Shown piece after piece: positions 9,456-19,850 of a DNA stretch of 64,000 bases. The translations under genes were made by a program, and so were the position numbers. Source of the stretch: an uncultured delta proteobacterium (lineage in GTDB: Bacteria; Desulfobacterota; Binatia; JACPRU01); NCBI GenBank assembly GCA_963745025.1, contig CAVUWD010000002.1:192001-256000 (forward strand), read 5' to 3'. How positions within the stretch are numbered: position 1 is the stretch's first letter; each line of letters begins with the position of its first letter. Under the pieces are notes generated by a model. It was not told the DNA's origin and made no database searches. It was given only the letters and a program-made list of their open reading frames with translations.

Positions 9456-10430
9456 ATGCTAGCGAGGGTTCTCGGTGTCGGTGCCGCGGTGCCCGAGCGG
9501 CGCGTCGCGAACCGGGAGATCGAGCAGCGAGTCGACACCAACGACGAATGGATCCGGACCCGCACGGGTATCCGCGAGCGCCACGTGCTCGGCCCGAGCG
9601 AGCGTCTACTCGATGTGGTCGAAATCGCCGCCCGCCGTGCGCTCGAGTCGAGCCGTGTGGATGCGGCGGAGCTCGATGCGATCATCGTCGGCACGGTGAG
9701 CGGCGAGTACGCCTTCCCCGCAATGGCCTGCGAGCTGCAAGCCGCCCTCGGGATCGACGGCACCGCCGCGTTCGACGTCTCCGCGGCATGCAGCGGCTTT
9801 CTCTACGCGCTGTCGACGGCGAACGCCCATGTCAAGGCCGGCGACTTCGGTACCGTGCTCGTCGTTGGCGCCGATGCGCTCACGACCATGACGGACTGGA
9901 CCGACCGACGCACCTGCGTGCTCTTCGGGGATGGGGCGGGCGCGTTGGTGCTGCGCCGCGCGGAGGGAGAGAGAGGCGTGCTGGCGAGCGCCACGCACGC
10001 GAGCGGATCGATGCGTGAGCTCTTGTACGTGCGGGCCGGGCCGCGCGGTGGCTTCGACGCCACGAGCGCGCGGCCGCCGCAGGCGTGCATCCAGATGCGG
10101 GGGCCGGAGCTCTTCCGCTGGGCGGTTCGCCGCATGCGGGATGTCGCGCTCGAGGCGCTCGAACGGGCAGGGCTCGCTCCGGCGGATGTCGATCTCGTCG
10201 TTCCGCATCAGGCCAACCTGCGCATCATCAAGGCCGTCGCGGAGTCGCTGGATTTGCCGCTCGAGAAGATCTTCGTCAACGTCGAGACGTACGGTAACAC
10301 CTCGGCAGCGTCGGTGCCGATCGCGCTCGATGAGGCCGTTCGAACGGGGCGCCTGCGGGAAGGCGATGTCGCGTTGCTCGTCGCATGTGGAGGCGGCCTC
10401 ACGTGGGCCGGAGCGGCGGTTCGGTGGTGA
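9456..10430 (+). CDS. fabH: Beta-ketoacyl-ACP synthase III
   Basis: WIRTRTGI, AACSGF, FGDGAGA, PHQAN, YGNTSAAS. Confidence 0.93.
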   Translation: MLARVLGVGAAVPERRVANREIEQRVDTNDEWIRTRTGIRERHVLGPSERLLDVVEIAARRALESSRVDAAELDAIIVGTVSGEYAFPAMACELQAALGIDGTAAFDVSAACSGFLYALSTANAHVKAGDFGTVLVVGADALTTMTDWTDRRTCVLFGDGAGALVLRRAEGERGVLASATHASGSMRELLYVRAGPRGGFDATSARPPQACIQMRGPELFRWAVRRMRDVALEALERAGLAPADVDLVVPHQANLRIIKAVAESLDLPLEKIFVNVETYGNTSAASVPIALDEAVRTGRLREGDVALLVACGGGLTWAGAAVRW

Positions 10431-10440
10431 GAGAAAGAAG

Positions 10441-10515
10441 CGGCTACCGGCTTCCGGCTACCGGCAACGACATCGCTGAGTCCTTTGCGGTAGCCCGGTA
10501 GTCGGTAGCCGGTAG
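10441..10515. repeat. Family-3 inverted heptamer array
   Basis: (CGGCTAC)-like x3, core AACGACATCGCTGAGTCCTT, (CGGTAGC)-like x4. Confidence 0.8.
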
Positions 10516-10524
10516 GCGTTCTTC

Positions 10525-11491
10525 ATGACGTCTCTCTTCGACCGCAGTCTTCTCTTCATCGTCGGCAAGGGCGGGGTCGGCAAGTCCACGGTCGCGACCG
10601 CGCTCGCGCTCGCTGCCGTGCGCCGCAAGAAACGTGTCCTGCTCGTCGGGCTCGATTTCGACGACCGGGCGCGCTCGATCGCAGGCCTCCGTCAGGCGGA
10701 GGGTCGCGATCCCGTGGAAGCGCTGCCTGGCTTCTTCCGCCAGAACGTCGAAGGCAAGGCGGCGCTAGAGGAATACCTCCACTTGATCATCCCGGTTCGG
10801 CGGGTGCTGAAAGCCGTCTTCGACAGCAAGGTCTACCAGTACTTCGTCGCCGCAGCGCCCGGCCTGAAGGAGCTGATGACGATCGGTAAGATCTGGTACG
10901 AGGTCGACCGCGGCCGGTGGGATCTGGTGATCGTCGACAGTCCGGCGACCGGCCATGCGCTCCAGTATCTGCGCATGCCGAAGACCGCGTCCGAGGCGTT
11001 CACGACGGGCCTCGTACACCGTGAGGCGAAGCGGGTGTGGAGCTTGCTTTCGCGACCCGAAGGCGACTGCCGTGTCGGTCGTCACCGTGGCCGAGGAGCT
11101 GCCGGTCAACGAGACGATCACGATCTGCAATCAGGTCCGTGGCGAGCTCGGCTTGCCGGACGGAATTCTGTTCGTGAACCGCTTCCACGCGCCCGACTTC
11201 TCGCAGGCGGAGCTCGGGCGGGCGTCGGTCTCGTGGCGCAGGGGCGTCAGCGAGCCGTGTGATGCGCTCTGCAAGGCGGTGTTCGCCGCCGCCGAGGAAG
11301 AAGTGAGCTGGGGCACCTTGAACGAGCGTCATCGTCAGAAGCTCGTCGCCGAAACCGGTTGGCAGGTCGTCGTCCTGCCGTTTCTGTTTCGCGAAGAATT
11401 CGGCTTTGCGGACGTCGAGGCGTTGTCCGAGCGGCTCGACGACGCGGATCGGCGGCGCGCCAAGGCGCGACGCGCCGAGGGGCATCCGTGA
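10525..11491 (+). CDS. ArsA/Get3-like ATPase, subunit 1, frameshift near 11051
   Basis: GKGGVGKST, APGLKEL and DSPATGH. Continues in a shifted frame as DPKATAVSVVTVAEELPVNET. Confidence 0.85.
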
Positions 11492-12662
11492 CCACGAGCT
11501 TCCGAGCATCGTCGAGCGCCACGACGTGATCGTCTGCGCCGGCAGTGGCGGCGTCGGCAAGACGACGGCCGCGGCGGCGATCGCCCTCTGGGGAGCCAAG
11601 CACGGTCGGTGCGCCGCGGTGCTGACGATCGATCCGGCGCGCCGACTGGCCGACTCCCTCGGTCTGCCGCTGGCCGGCGGCACAGAGGTGGTCGTGCCTA
11701 CGGAACTCTTACGTGCGCAGGGCATCGACGCGGCAGGATCGCTCTCTGCGATGATGCTCGACCAGAAGGGAGCCTGGGACTCGCTCGTCGAACGGCACGC
11801 GCCATCGGCCGAGATCCGCGAACGGATCCTGAAGAATCGCTTCTACCAGCATCTCTCGCAGAGCTTTGCGGGCTCGCAGGAGTACATGGCCGTCGAGCAG
11901 CTCGCGCGGCTGCGCGACAGCGGCCGCTACGATCTGATCGTCGTCGATACGCCGCCGACGCGCCACGCCCTCGACTTCCTCGAAGCCCCGCGGCGGCTCA
12001 ACGACTTCCTCGATCGCAAGATCATCCGCTGGTTCGTCAAGCCGTACTTCTCCGCCGGCTGGTCGGCGATGCGGTTCGTCAACCGCACGGCGGGCTTCGT
12101 CCTGCGCACGCTGGAGGAGGCGACCGGCATCACGGCGCTGGCCGAGATTTCGGACTTCTTCGGCGGGATGCAGAGCCTCTTCGATGGCTTCAGCGAGCGC
12201 ATGGACCGTGTCTACCGTGAGCTGAAGAGTCCGAAGACGGCGTTCGTGGTGGTCTCGAGCCCCGAAGAAGAAGTGCTCGAGGAAGCAGAGTATCTGAGCG
12301 ACAAGATGGCCGCGCTCGGCATGCCGCTCCGCGCCGTCGTCTTAAACCGCGTGCACGACGAATTCACCGACCCGATCGACCGCGCTGATTTTCCGCGGGG
12401 CGAGATCCGTGGCGACGATCAGGAGCGCGTCGAGGCCTGCCTCACGCGGTCGGGTCTGTCGCCCGCGAGCCTCGTCAAGCGGCTCGCCCGAAACTTCGTC
12501 GCGTACCAGGACGTCGCGCGCGGCGACGGGCTCAGGCTCGAGATGTTCGCGCGAGGTTTGCCACGACAAGTGCCGATCGTGCGGGTGCCGAACTTCTCGA
12601 CCGATCTTCACCAGCTCGGCGCGCTCGCCCGTATGCATCCCTACCTCTTCGGCCATTCCTGA
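11488..12662 (+). CDS. ArsA/Get3-like ATPase, subunit 2; start uncertain, probable indel just after GTG 11488
   Basis: GSGGVGKTT, TIDPARRLADSLG, GSQEYMAVE, DTPPTRHALDFL. Confidence 0.85.
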
Positions 12663-13997
12663 GGCAGCGCGCTTCGGCTCACGATCCGCCCGGAGCGCGC
12701 CCCGGTCGGCTCGCCGGACACCTGGAGGCTATCCCACTCGCCACAGCCGACGCAGCGCGCCTCCCAGTCGGAGAGGCTGCGTCCACAGGCGCTACACAGG
12801 TACGGAACGCGAGCCATGCCCGCCGAGTCGTATGCGGCGCGGAACGCTTCCAGCGCAAGATCGGCGTTGCCGCGCACGCGCTCGATCTCGCCGCGCAGAA
12901 GCTGCGCCTCGGGCTTCTCCGCGATCCCCGGGCTCGCCGCCGCGAGCTCGGCGACGGCCTCTTCGGTTGCCCCCTCGGCGAGCAGGAAGCGGACCAGCCG
13001 GCAGAGGAGGAGCGGGGAATCGGATCGACGCCGCAGGCGGCGATAGAGCGCGACGATCTTCTTCGGGCGGCCGACCTCGCGATAGAGTGACTCGAGGCGC
13101 GCAAGCAGCACGGGGACGGGCCGGAGGCGCGCCGTGCGCAGCCAGACCCGCCCCGCCTCGCGCAGCCGTCCGAGAGGGTGAAGCGCGTCGCCGAGGGAGA
13201 CCGCCGCCGGCAGGAACGCGGGGTCGCTCCGGAAAAGGCCGTAGAGATCGTGGATACGATCGTCGGCCGACTCGTGATCGAGCGCCAGCTCGTAGCGGAG
13301 CCCGAGCATGCGCGCGCGCTCCGCGGCGACTTGATCCGGGCTCCGCAAGAGCGCGAAATAGCGATCCTCGGCACGCACCGCCTCCGCCCAGCGGCGTTCG
13401 CGCACGTAGGCGTCGCGCAGAGCCGCCGCCAGGCGGGGACTCTCGGGCTCGATCCCAGCCGCGCGCTCGAGCAGGTTCGTCGCCGTCCGCCATTCGTTTT
13501 CACGCGCGTAGACCGTTGCGAGCAGCGCGAGGAGTCGTGGGTGATCGGGATGGACGGCGAGCGCGTGCTTCGACGATCGGTCTGGCTTCGTCGGAACGAT
13601 CGGCGGCGAGCACGGTCTCGGCGAGCACGGCGAGCGACTCGGCGTCTTGGGGGCGCCCGGAAGCGCGGCGCAGCACACGCTTGGCGAGCTCGGAACGGCC
13701 GTGCCAGAGGAGATCGCGTCCGGTCGCGACGAGGGCCCGGGCCTTTGCGGCGGCCGCCTCGGAGCTACGGCGCCGGCGGTCGGCGAGCGTCCATTGCACC
13801 TCGCGCGTCAACGCCAGCACGAAGATCGCGCCCGCGCCCGCGAGGAAGCTCGCGAGCAACAAGAGCGGCAGCGGAAGCGACACGCTGCGCGTCGGCGTGA
13901 CGTGAAGCTCGACGACCGCCGGGTTCAGGTAGAAGAAGCCCCCAAGGGCGAGCAGCAGCGCCGCGAGAGCGAGAAAACGGAGGAACCGCTTGAGCAT
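12641..13997 (-). CDS. LapA-domain + TPR + C-terminal CxxC..CxxC protein (LapA-LapB-like fusion), frameshift near 13560
   Basis: N-terminal TM-FFYLNPAVVELH-LPLPLLLLASFLAG, TPR-like helices, C-terminal YLCSACG...RCVGCGEWDSL. Confidence 0.75.
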
Positions 13998-14021
13998 TGC
14001 GCGTTCCTCGCGTCCCGGCCC

Positions 14022-14423
14022 TCAGTACCCTTCCGTGCCGGTGACGAACGAGCGGGCTTGGGAGTAGTAGGGCTCGGGCAGACGCACGCGCGGCGCCCGC
14101 ATCCAAAGGCCCTCGAGATCGTAAAAGCCGCGGATCGGCTGATAGAAGATGTGGATCACGACGTCGCCGTAATCGATCAGCACCCATTGGCCGCGCTTGT
14201 AGCCCTCCATCGCCAACGGGCGGATGCCGCGGCCCGCGAGGCTCTCCTCGATGTGCTGCGCGATGGCGCGCACCTGCGTGTCGGAGCGACCCGTGCAGAT
14301 GAGGAAATAGTCCGCGACCGAGGTCAGCTTCGAGACCTCGAGAAGCTCCAGGTCGTAGGCCTTCTTATCGAGCGCGAAGCGAATGCAGAGGAGGGCTTTT
14401 TCGAAGACTTGCTTGTTCGTCAA
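14022..14423 (-). CDS. rsfS: Ribosome silencing factor
   Basis: DKKA..., DYFLICTG, WVLIDYGDVVIHIF, FYDLEGLW. Downstream of nadD. Confidence 0.95.
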   Translation of the reverse strand: MTNKQVFEKALLCIRFALDKKAYDLELLEVSKLTSVADYFLICTGRSDTQVRAIAQHIEESLAGRGIRPLAMEGYKRGQWVLIDYGDVVIHIFYQPIRGFYDLEGLWMRAPRVRLPEPYYSQARSFVTGTEGY

Positions 14424-14441
14424 CCGATCGACTCTCCGCGT

Positions 14442-15089
14442 CTATCTGTAGAGGCCATGCTGCTGAATGTAGCGCTCCACGTCCGCCGGGACGAGATAGC
14501 GGATCGATTGGCCACGGTGGACTCGTTCGCGAATGTCCGTCGCCGAGACATCGATTCCCGTGATCGAGAGGAAGGAGAGACGCGTGCCGCTGCGATGTCG
14601 ATAGCTCAGCGTGCTCGAATCATAACAAAACGCCTCCTGAGCGGCAACGGGCAAGTGCTGGATCGAGCGCTCGACGGCGTTCGGCGGGCGACTGGTGACG
14701 ACCACGCTGGCGGCCTCGAAGAGGCGGGCGACGTCCTTCCAGGTGTTCATTTCACGAAACGTGTCGATGCCGACGATGAAGAAGAGCAGAGCGCCCGGCT
14801 CGGTGGTCGCGAACGACTGGAGCGTGTCGATCGAGTACGAAGTGCCGCCACGCTCGAGCTCGACTGGGGAAGCGCGAAAGGCGGGATTCCCGGCGATGGC
14901 GATCTCCAGCATGGCGAGCCGCGCGCCGCCCTCGGCGAGCCGGCGCTCCGGCTTATGCGGCGGGCGATTCGCCGGCACGAAGTAGACGCGATCGAGTGAC
15001 AGCGCCTCGCGAACCTCCTCGGCGCTGCGCAGATGACCGAGGTGGATGGGGTCGAACGACCCACCGAGAATTCCGAGACGCTGCGGCAT
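14442..15089 (-). CDS. nadD: Nicotinate-nucleotide adenylyltransferase
   Basis: GGSFDPIHLGH, PPHK, SYSIDT, VSATDIR. Confidence 0.95.
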   Translation of the reverse strand: MPQRLGILGGSFDPIHLGHLRSAEEVREALSLDRVYFVPANRPPHKPERRLAEGGARLAMLEIAIAGNPAFRASPVELERGGTSYSIDTLQSFATTEPGALLFFIVGIDTFREMNTWKDVARLFEAASVVVTSRPPNAVERSIQHLPVAAQEAFCYDSSTLSYRHRSGTRLSFLSITGIDVSATDIRERVHRGQSIRYLVPADVERYIQQHGLYR

Positions 15090-15097
15090 CTCGATGC

Positions 15098-16360
15098 CTA
15101 CTCGCGGGTCTGTCCGGAGCCGTACACCAAATACTTGTAGGTGGTGAGCTCGCGGAGCCCCATCGGGCCGCGCGCGTGCAGGCGGTTGGTCGAGATCCCG
15201 ATCTCGGCGCCGAACCCGAACTCGAAGCCGTCGGTGAAGCGGGTCGACGCGTTGACGAAGACCACGGCCGAGTCGACCGCGGCGAGAAAGTGGCGCGCGG
15301 CGCTGTAGTCCTCGGTGACGATCGCGTCTGCGAGACCCGATCCGTAGCGCTCGACGAATTCGAGCGCCTCCTCGAGCGAGCCGACGACCTTGAGCGCGAG
15401 AATCTTGTCGAGGTACTCGGTCGCCCAATCGTCTTCGGCAGCCGGGGTCACGCTCGGAGCGATTTGCCGCGTTTCGGGGCAACCGCGCACTTCAACCCCC
15501 TCGGCCTCGAGCGCGCGAACGAGCCGCGGCAGGAGCTCCGCCGCGACCTGGCGATGGACGAGGAGGTTTTCGATTGCGTTGCAGACTCCGGGACGCTTCG
15601 CCTTGGCGTTGAGGCAGATGCGGGCGGCGCGTTCCAGGTCCGCGGCGCGGTCCACGTAGAGCTGGCAGACCCCCTCGAGGTGCTTGATCACGGGAATTTC
15701 CGACTCTTCCTCGAGCGCGCGGATGAGCTCCTTGCCTCCGCGGGGGACGATGACGTCTACGGTCTCCTTCTGGCGAAGCAGCGCCCGGGTCGCGGTGCGA
15801 TCGGCCGTGCGGATGAGCTGGACGGCGGCGAGCGGCAAGCCTGCCTCCTCGAGCCCTGCGAGGAACAGATCGGCGATCGCCGAGTTGGTTTGCAGCGCCT
15901 CGGACCCTCCCTTCAGAACCGAAGCGTTGCCAGACTTGAGACAGAGGGCCGCCGCGTCGGCCGTCACGTTCGGGCGTGACTCGTAGATGATGCCGATCAC
16001 GCCGATCGGGATTCGCACCTGCTGAATTTCGAGGCCGTTCGGCCGCCGCCAGGCGGCGATCGACTCGCCGACGGGATCGGGCAGCATCACGATCTCGTCG
16101 ACGCCGCGAGCCATCGCCTCGATGCGCTCCGGGGTCAGCGTCAGCCGGTCGCGCAGCGCCGCCGAGAGCGCTCCGGCGGCGGCAAGATCGCGGCCGTTCG
16201 CTTCGAGGAGACGTGGGGACTCGGAACGGAGCCGTCTCGAGACAACTCGAAGCGCGTCGTTCTTCGCCGCCGTGCCGACGAGCGCGAGCCGGCGTGCGGC
16301 ACGCCGCGCCGCCGCGCAGAGCTCCGCGACCTGATCCTTGATGTCTGCAGGCGCGCTCAC
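15098..16360 (-). CDS. proA: Gamma-glutamyl phosphate reductase
   Basis: IYESRPNVT, PGVCNAIE, NASTRFTDG, GAEIGIST. Confidence 0.96.
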   Translation of the reverse strand: MSAPADIKDQVAELCAAARRAARRLALVGTAAKNDALRVVSRRLRSESPRLLEANGRDLAAAGALSAALRDRLTLTPERIEAMARGVDEIVMLPDPVGESIAAWRRPNGLEIQQVRIPIGVIGIIYESRPNVTADAAALCLKSGNASVLKGGSEALQTNSAIADLFLAGLEEAGLPLAAVQLIRTADRTATRALLRQKETVDVIVPRGGKELIRALEEESEIPVIKHLEGVCQLYVDRAADLERAARICLNAKAKRPGVCNAIENLLVHRQVAAELLPRLVRALEAEGVEVRGCPETRQIAPSVTPAAEDDWATEYLDKILALKVVGSLEEALEFVERYGSGLADAIVTEDYSAARHFLAAVDSAVVFVNASTRFTDGFEFGFGAEIGISTNRLHARGPMGLRELTTYKYLVYGSGQTRE

Positions 16361-17493
16361 GCGATCACCATATCGTTGCGGTGGATCACCTCGTCGGAGA
16401 TCCTATAGCCGAGGATGCGATCGATGTCGCGCGTGTGCGCGCCTTGAATGCGGCGAAGCTCCGCCGAGCTGTAGTTGACGAGACCGCGTGCCACTTCGGC
16501 GCCATCGGGTGCGAGGCACCGCACGCAATCGCCCGCACCGAACGTCCCTTCGACGAGCTTCACTCCGGACGGCAGCAAGCTCCGCCCTTTCTCGCGGAGC
16601 GCTGCCGCGGCGCCCGCGTCCAGGTGGAGCACGCCCTGCGGGCTGAGTGTGAACGCAATCCAGTGCTTGCGGCTGGCCAGACGGTCTGCCGCAGGGACCA
16701 CGAAGGTTCCCGCGACCGTCGCCGGATCGAGGACGCGGCGCAGCGAGTGCTCCCCTCGGCCATCGGCGATGATCGTCGAGATGCCCGCCGCCGCCGCCTT
16801 TCGGGCGGCCTCGAGCTTGGTGGCCATGCCGCCGGTGCCGAGCCGACCGGTGCTCGTCGACGCATAGCGATTCGCCTGCGGGTCGTTGGCGGCGAGCACC
16901 GATACCGGCATCGCAGAGTCATCGCGGCGTGGATCGGCCGTGTACAGCCCATCGACGTCGGAGAGGATCACCAGCAGATCGGCCTCGACCAGCGCGGCGA
17001 CCGCAGCGGAGAGATTGTCGTTGTCGCCGAGCTTGATCTCTTCGACCGCCACCGTGTCGTTCTCGTTGACGATGGGCCGGACGCCCGCCTCGAGCAGCGC
17101 GGCGATTGCATGCCTCGCGTTCAAGTAGCGCCGGCGGTTCGACAGATCGTCGCGCGTGAGGAGAATCTGCGCGACGTGACGACCGCGCGCCTCGAAGCAT
17201 TCCTTGTACGCGGCCATCAAGTCGATCTGGCCGACGGCCGCGGCCGCCTGCTTTTGCGGAATCGTCTTCGGCCGCTCGCGAAGCCGCATCCGCGCCCGCC
17301 CGGCCGCGACGGCGCCGGAGGTGACTAGGATGAATTCGCGCTTGGCGTTGCCGAGTTCCTCGACTTCGCGGACGAGGGAGCGGATGCGGCGCGGATCGAG
17401 CCCGTCCGGCGTGGATAGCAAGCTCGAACCGATCTTCACCACGACACGCCGCACACGCTTCAAGAGAGCCTGCTTTCGCGCCAGGTGGTTCAC
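16357..17493 (-). CDS. proB: Glutamate 5-kinase with PUA domain
   Basis: VKIGSS, VTSGAVAAG, NENDTV, GDNDNLS, GTGGMATK. Confidence 0.96.
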   Translation of the reverse strand: MNHLARKQALLKRVRRVVVKIGSSLLSTPDGLDPRRIRSLVREVEELGNAKREFILVTSGAVAAGRARMRLRERPKTIPQKQAAAAVGQIDLMAAYKECFEARGRHVAQILLTRDDLSNRRRYLNARHAIAALLEAGVRPIVNENDTVAVEEIKLGDNDNLSAAVAALVEADLLVILSDVDGLYTADPRRDDSAMPVSVLAANDPQANRYASTSTGRLGTGGMATKLEAARKAAAAGISTIIADGRGEHSLRRVLDPATVAGTFVVPAADRLASRKHWIAFTLSPQGVLHLDAGAAAALREKGRSLLPSGVKLVEGTFGAGDCVRCLAPDGAEVARGLVNYSSAELRRIQGAHTRDIDRILGYRISDEVIHRNDMVIA

Positions 17494-18527
17494 GATCGGC
17501 CCTCGGCATTCGCGGGTCCGCCTGCGATCCCGCCGCGGAGCACCCGCTCGCAGAGGAGCGCGACCAGCTCGGCAACACCCGCACCCGTCGCCGCCGAGAT
17601 GGCGCGAAACTCCGCGCCGCGGCCGCGCAGCGCATCCTCGACCCGTGGCAGATTCGCCCGACTCTCGACGAGATCGATCTTGTTGCCGACGACGATTTGC
17701 GGACGCGCTGCGAGCGTCGCATCGAAAAGCGCGAGCTCGCGGTCGATCGATTCGAGCGCCGCGAGCGGATCCTCCCCGAGGCCGGAAAGATCGATCAGAT
17801 GGAGGAGCAGTCGCGTGCGAAGCAGATGCCGTAGAAAGCGGTCACCGAGTCCTTCCCCACGATGCGCCCCAGGGATCAATCCGGGTACGTCGGCGACGAC
17901 GAACGAGCGCCCTTCGCTGCAAGAAACCACGCCTAGGTGGGGGGTCAGGGTCGTGAAGGGATAGTCGGCGACTTTCGGACGTGCGGCCGAGATCGCGCGG
18001 ATGAGCGTCGACTTGCCGGCGTTCGGCGCGCCGACGATGCCGACGTCGGCGAGCAACCGAAGCTCGAGCCGCAGACGCCGCGTTTCGCCGGGGGTTTCCG
18101 GGATCGTCTTGCGCGGCGCCTGGTTCGTGGAGGTGGCGAAGCGGGCGTTGCCGCGCCCGCCGCGCCCGCCGTGCGCGACCGTCACTTTGTCATCGGCGCA
18201 AGCGAGGTCGGCGAGACGCTCGCCCGTGTCGGCGTCGAACACCACCGTGCCCGCGGGAACCCGCGCGATTGTGTCCGCGCCGCGGCGACCGTGCTGGCAT
18301 TTGCCGCGACCGTGCTCGCCACGCTCGGCCTCGATCCGATTCTGGAACTGGAAATCGAGCAGAGTGGTGATGCCGCCGTCGGCTCTGAGGATCACGCTGC
18401 CGCCGTTGCCACCATCGCCCCCGGCGGGACCTCCATAAGGCCGATACTTCTCGCGCAGAAATGTCACGCATGGACGGCCGCCGTCCCCGCCTTTGACCTC
18501 GATGTCGACTTCGTCGACGAATTTCAT
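17490..18527 (-). CDS. obgE: GTPase Obg/CgtA
   Basis: MKFVDE, Gly-rich Obg fold, GAPNAGKST, YPFTT, DVPG, NKID. Confidence 0.96.
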   Translation of the reverse strand: MKFVDEVDIEVKGGDGGRPCVTFLREKYRPYGGPAGGDGGNGGSVILRADGGITTLLDFQFQNRIEAERGEHGRGKCQHGRRGADTIARVPAGTVVFDADTGERLADLACADDKVTVAHGGRGGRGNARFATSTNQAPRKTIPETPGETRRLRLELRLLADVGIVGAPNAGKSTLIRAISAARPKVADYPFTTLTPHLGVVSCSEGRSFVVADVPGLIPGAHRGEGLGDRFLRHLLRTRLLLHLIDLSGLGEDPLAALESIDRELALFDATLAARPQIVVGNKIDLVESRANLPRVEDALRGRGAEFRAISAATGAGVAELVALLCERVLRGGIAGGPANAEGRS

Positions 18528-18533
18528 ATGCTT

Positions 18534-18609
18534 CGGCTACAGGCTACGGACTACAGGCTACGGGAAAAGACGCCATGAGTCCTTCCCTGTACCCCGAAGC
18601 CCGTAGCCT
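18534..18609. repeat. Family-3 inverted heptamer array
   Basis: CGGCTAC-AGGCTAC-GGACTAC-AGGCTAC, core AAAGACGCCATGAGTCCTT, degenerate (CCGTAGC) right arm. Confidence 0.75.
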
Positions 18610-18627
18610 CCTTCCTTGCGTCTAGGC

Positions 18628-18662
18628 AAAAAAAAGCCCCCGGCGTCGAGCGCGGGGGCTTC
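18628..18662 (-). terminator. Intrinsic terminator after rpmA
   Basis: On the minus strand GCCCCCG...CGGGGGC stem followed by T8. Confidence 0.85.
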
Positions 18663-18697
18663 ACGACTTCTGCCGCGAGAACGCCGGGCGCGAGTGG

Positions 18698-18961
18698 TCA
18701 CGCCGCCGGCGGCGGCTGGATGTTCACCCGGCGTCGGTCCTTTCCGAACCGCTCGTACTGGACGATGCCATCCACCAACGCGAACAGCGTGAAGTCACGA
18801 CCCATGCCCACGTTTCGCCCCGGATGGACGCGGGTGCCTACTTGGCGGACGAGTATGTTGCCGGCGCGGACCTGCTCGCCGCCGAAGATCTTTACGCCGC
18901 GACGCTGTCCCTGACTATCGCGGCCGTTGCGGCTGCTGCCCTGTCCTTTCTTGTGAGCCAT
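18698..18961 (-). CDS. rpmA: 50S ribosomal protein L27
   Basis: [26 protein letters not shown]. Confidence 0.98.
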   Translation of the reverse strand: MAHKKGQGSSRNGRDSQGQRRGVKIFGGEQVRAGNILVRQVGTRVHPGRNVGMGRDFTLFALVDGIVQYERFGKDRRRVNIQPPPAA

Positions 18962-18967
18962 GGATCC

Positions 18968-19282
18968 CTACCCCCGGATATCGAGAACGCGCAGCGTCGT
19001 AGTGCGCTGACGGTGACCGCGCTTACGCCGTTGGTTCTTGCGCCGCTTCATCTTGAAGACGAGGATCTTCTTGGCCTTGCCGTGCTCGACGACCGTTGCG
19101 GTGACTTTGGCTCCGTCGACGAGCGGCGTGCCGATGCGCACTGCCCCGCCCGCAGCGGTGAGCAGCACCTCGCCTAGCTCGACGGTTGAACCGGGTTCAC
19201 CGACGAGCGACTCGACGCGGATCAGATCTCCCGGGGACACACGATACTGCTTTCCTCCGGTGCGAACGACTGCGTAGTCCAT
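18968..19282 (-). CDS. rplU: 50S ribosomal protein L21
   Basis: YAVVRTGGKQYRV, KRRKNQRRKRGHRQ. Confidence 0.98.
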   Translation of the reverse strand: MDYAVVRTGGKQYRVSPGDLIRVESLVGEPGSTVELGEVLLTAAGGAVRIGTPLVDGAKVTATVVEHGKAKKILVFKMKRRKNQRRKRGHRQRTTTLRVLDIRG

Positions 19283-19328
19283 GGCGCTTGTCAGTACCTC
19301 TTCGCTTGAATCATTCGCGAATCGCCAT

Positions 19329-19357
19329 GATTTACAGGAGCATAGCTGGCGTGTCAA
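19329..19357 (-). promoter_or_regulatory. Putative sigma70 promoter of rplU-rpmA
   Basis: Perfect TTGACA, N17, weak -10 TAAATC. Confidence 0.45.
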
Positions 19358-19511
19358 ACGGCCGGCGCCGGTCTGGCGCCGGTCCTTGACCGCCTCGGCG
19401 CTGGTGAGGAAGGAGTATACTCGGTGCTGGAGGCCCGACGTCGACAGTCGGCGTCGACGCGACGAGGGAGATTGGCCGCATGGTCGCGGCGATCTCGGAA
19501 CGGAGGAACGC

Positions 19512-19850
19512 GTGAGCGAGAAACGGCCGATCGTCGTGCTCGTGACGACAGGTTCGGCGGACAACGCCGCGGAGATCGCGCGGGCTCTCGTCGAGGAGCG
19601 GCTCGCGGCCTGCGCCAGCATCGTGCCCGGCGTTCGCTCGATCTACCGCTGGGCGGGGCGAATCGCCGACGACGCAGAGTGGCTGCTCGTCATCAAGACC
19701 GAGCGCACGCGCTTCGCGGCACTCGAAGCACGGGTGCGGACCTTGCACGCCTACACGGTTCCCGAGGTGATCGCGGTCGAGATCGTCGAGGGCTCGGAGC
19801 CCTATCTCGACTGGCTGCTCGGCGCTAGCTCGGTAGACGGCGGCGGCTGA
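19512..19850 (+). CDS. cutA: Divalent-cation tolerance protein CutA
   Basis: LVEERLAAC, SIYRWAG, HAYTVPE, YLDWL. GGAGG precedes the GTG. Confidence 0.93.
   Translation: MSEKRPIVVLVTTGSADNAAEIARALVEERLAACASIVPGVRSIYRWAGRIADDAEWLLVIKTERTRFAALEARVRTLHAYTVPEVIAVEIVEGSEPYLDWLLGASSVDGGG

Noticed and set aside
10525-12662. Arsenic resistance locus
   Set aside because: No arsB, acr3, arsC, arsD or arsR, and motifs fit the non-efflux ArsA-like pair.
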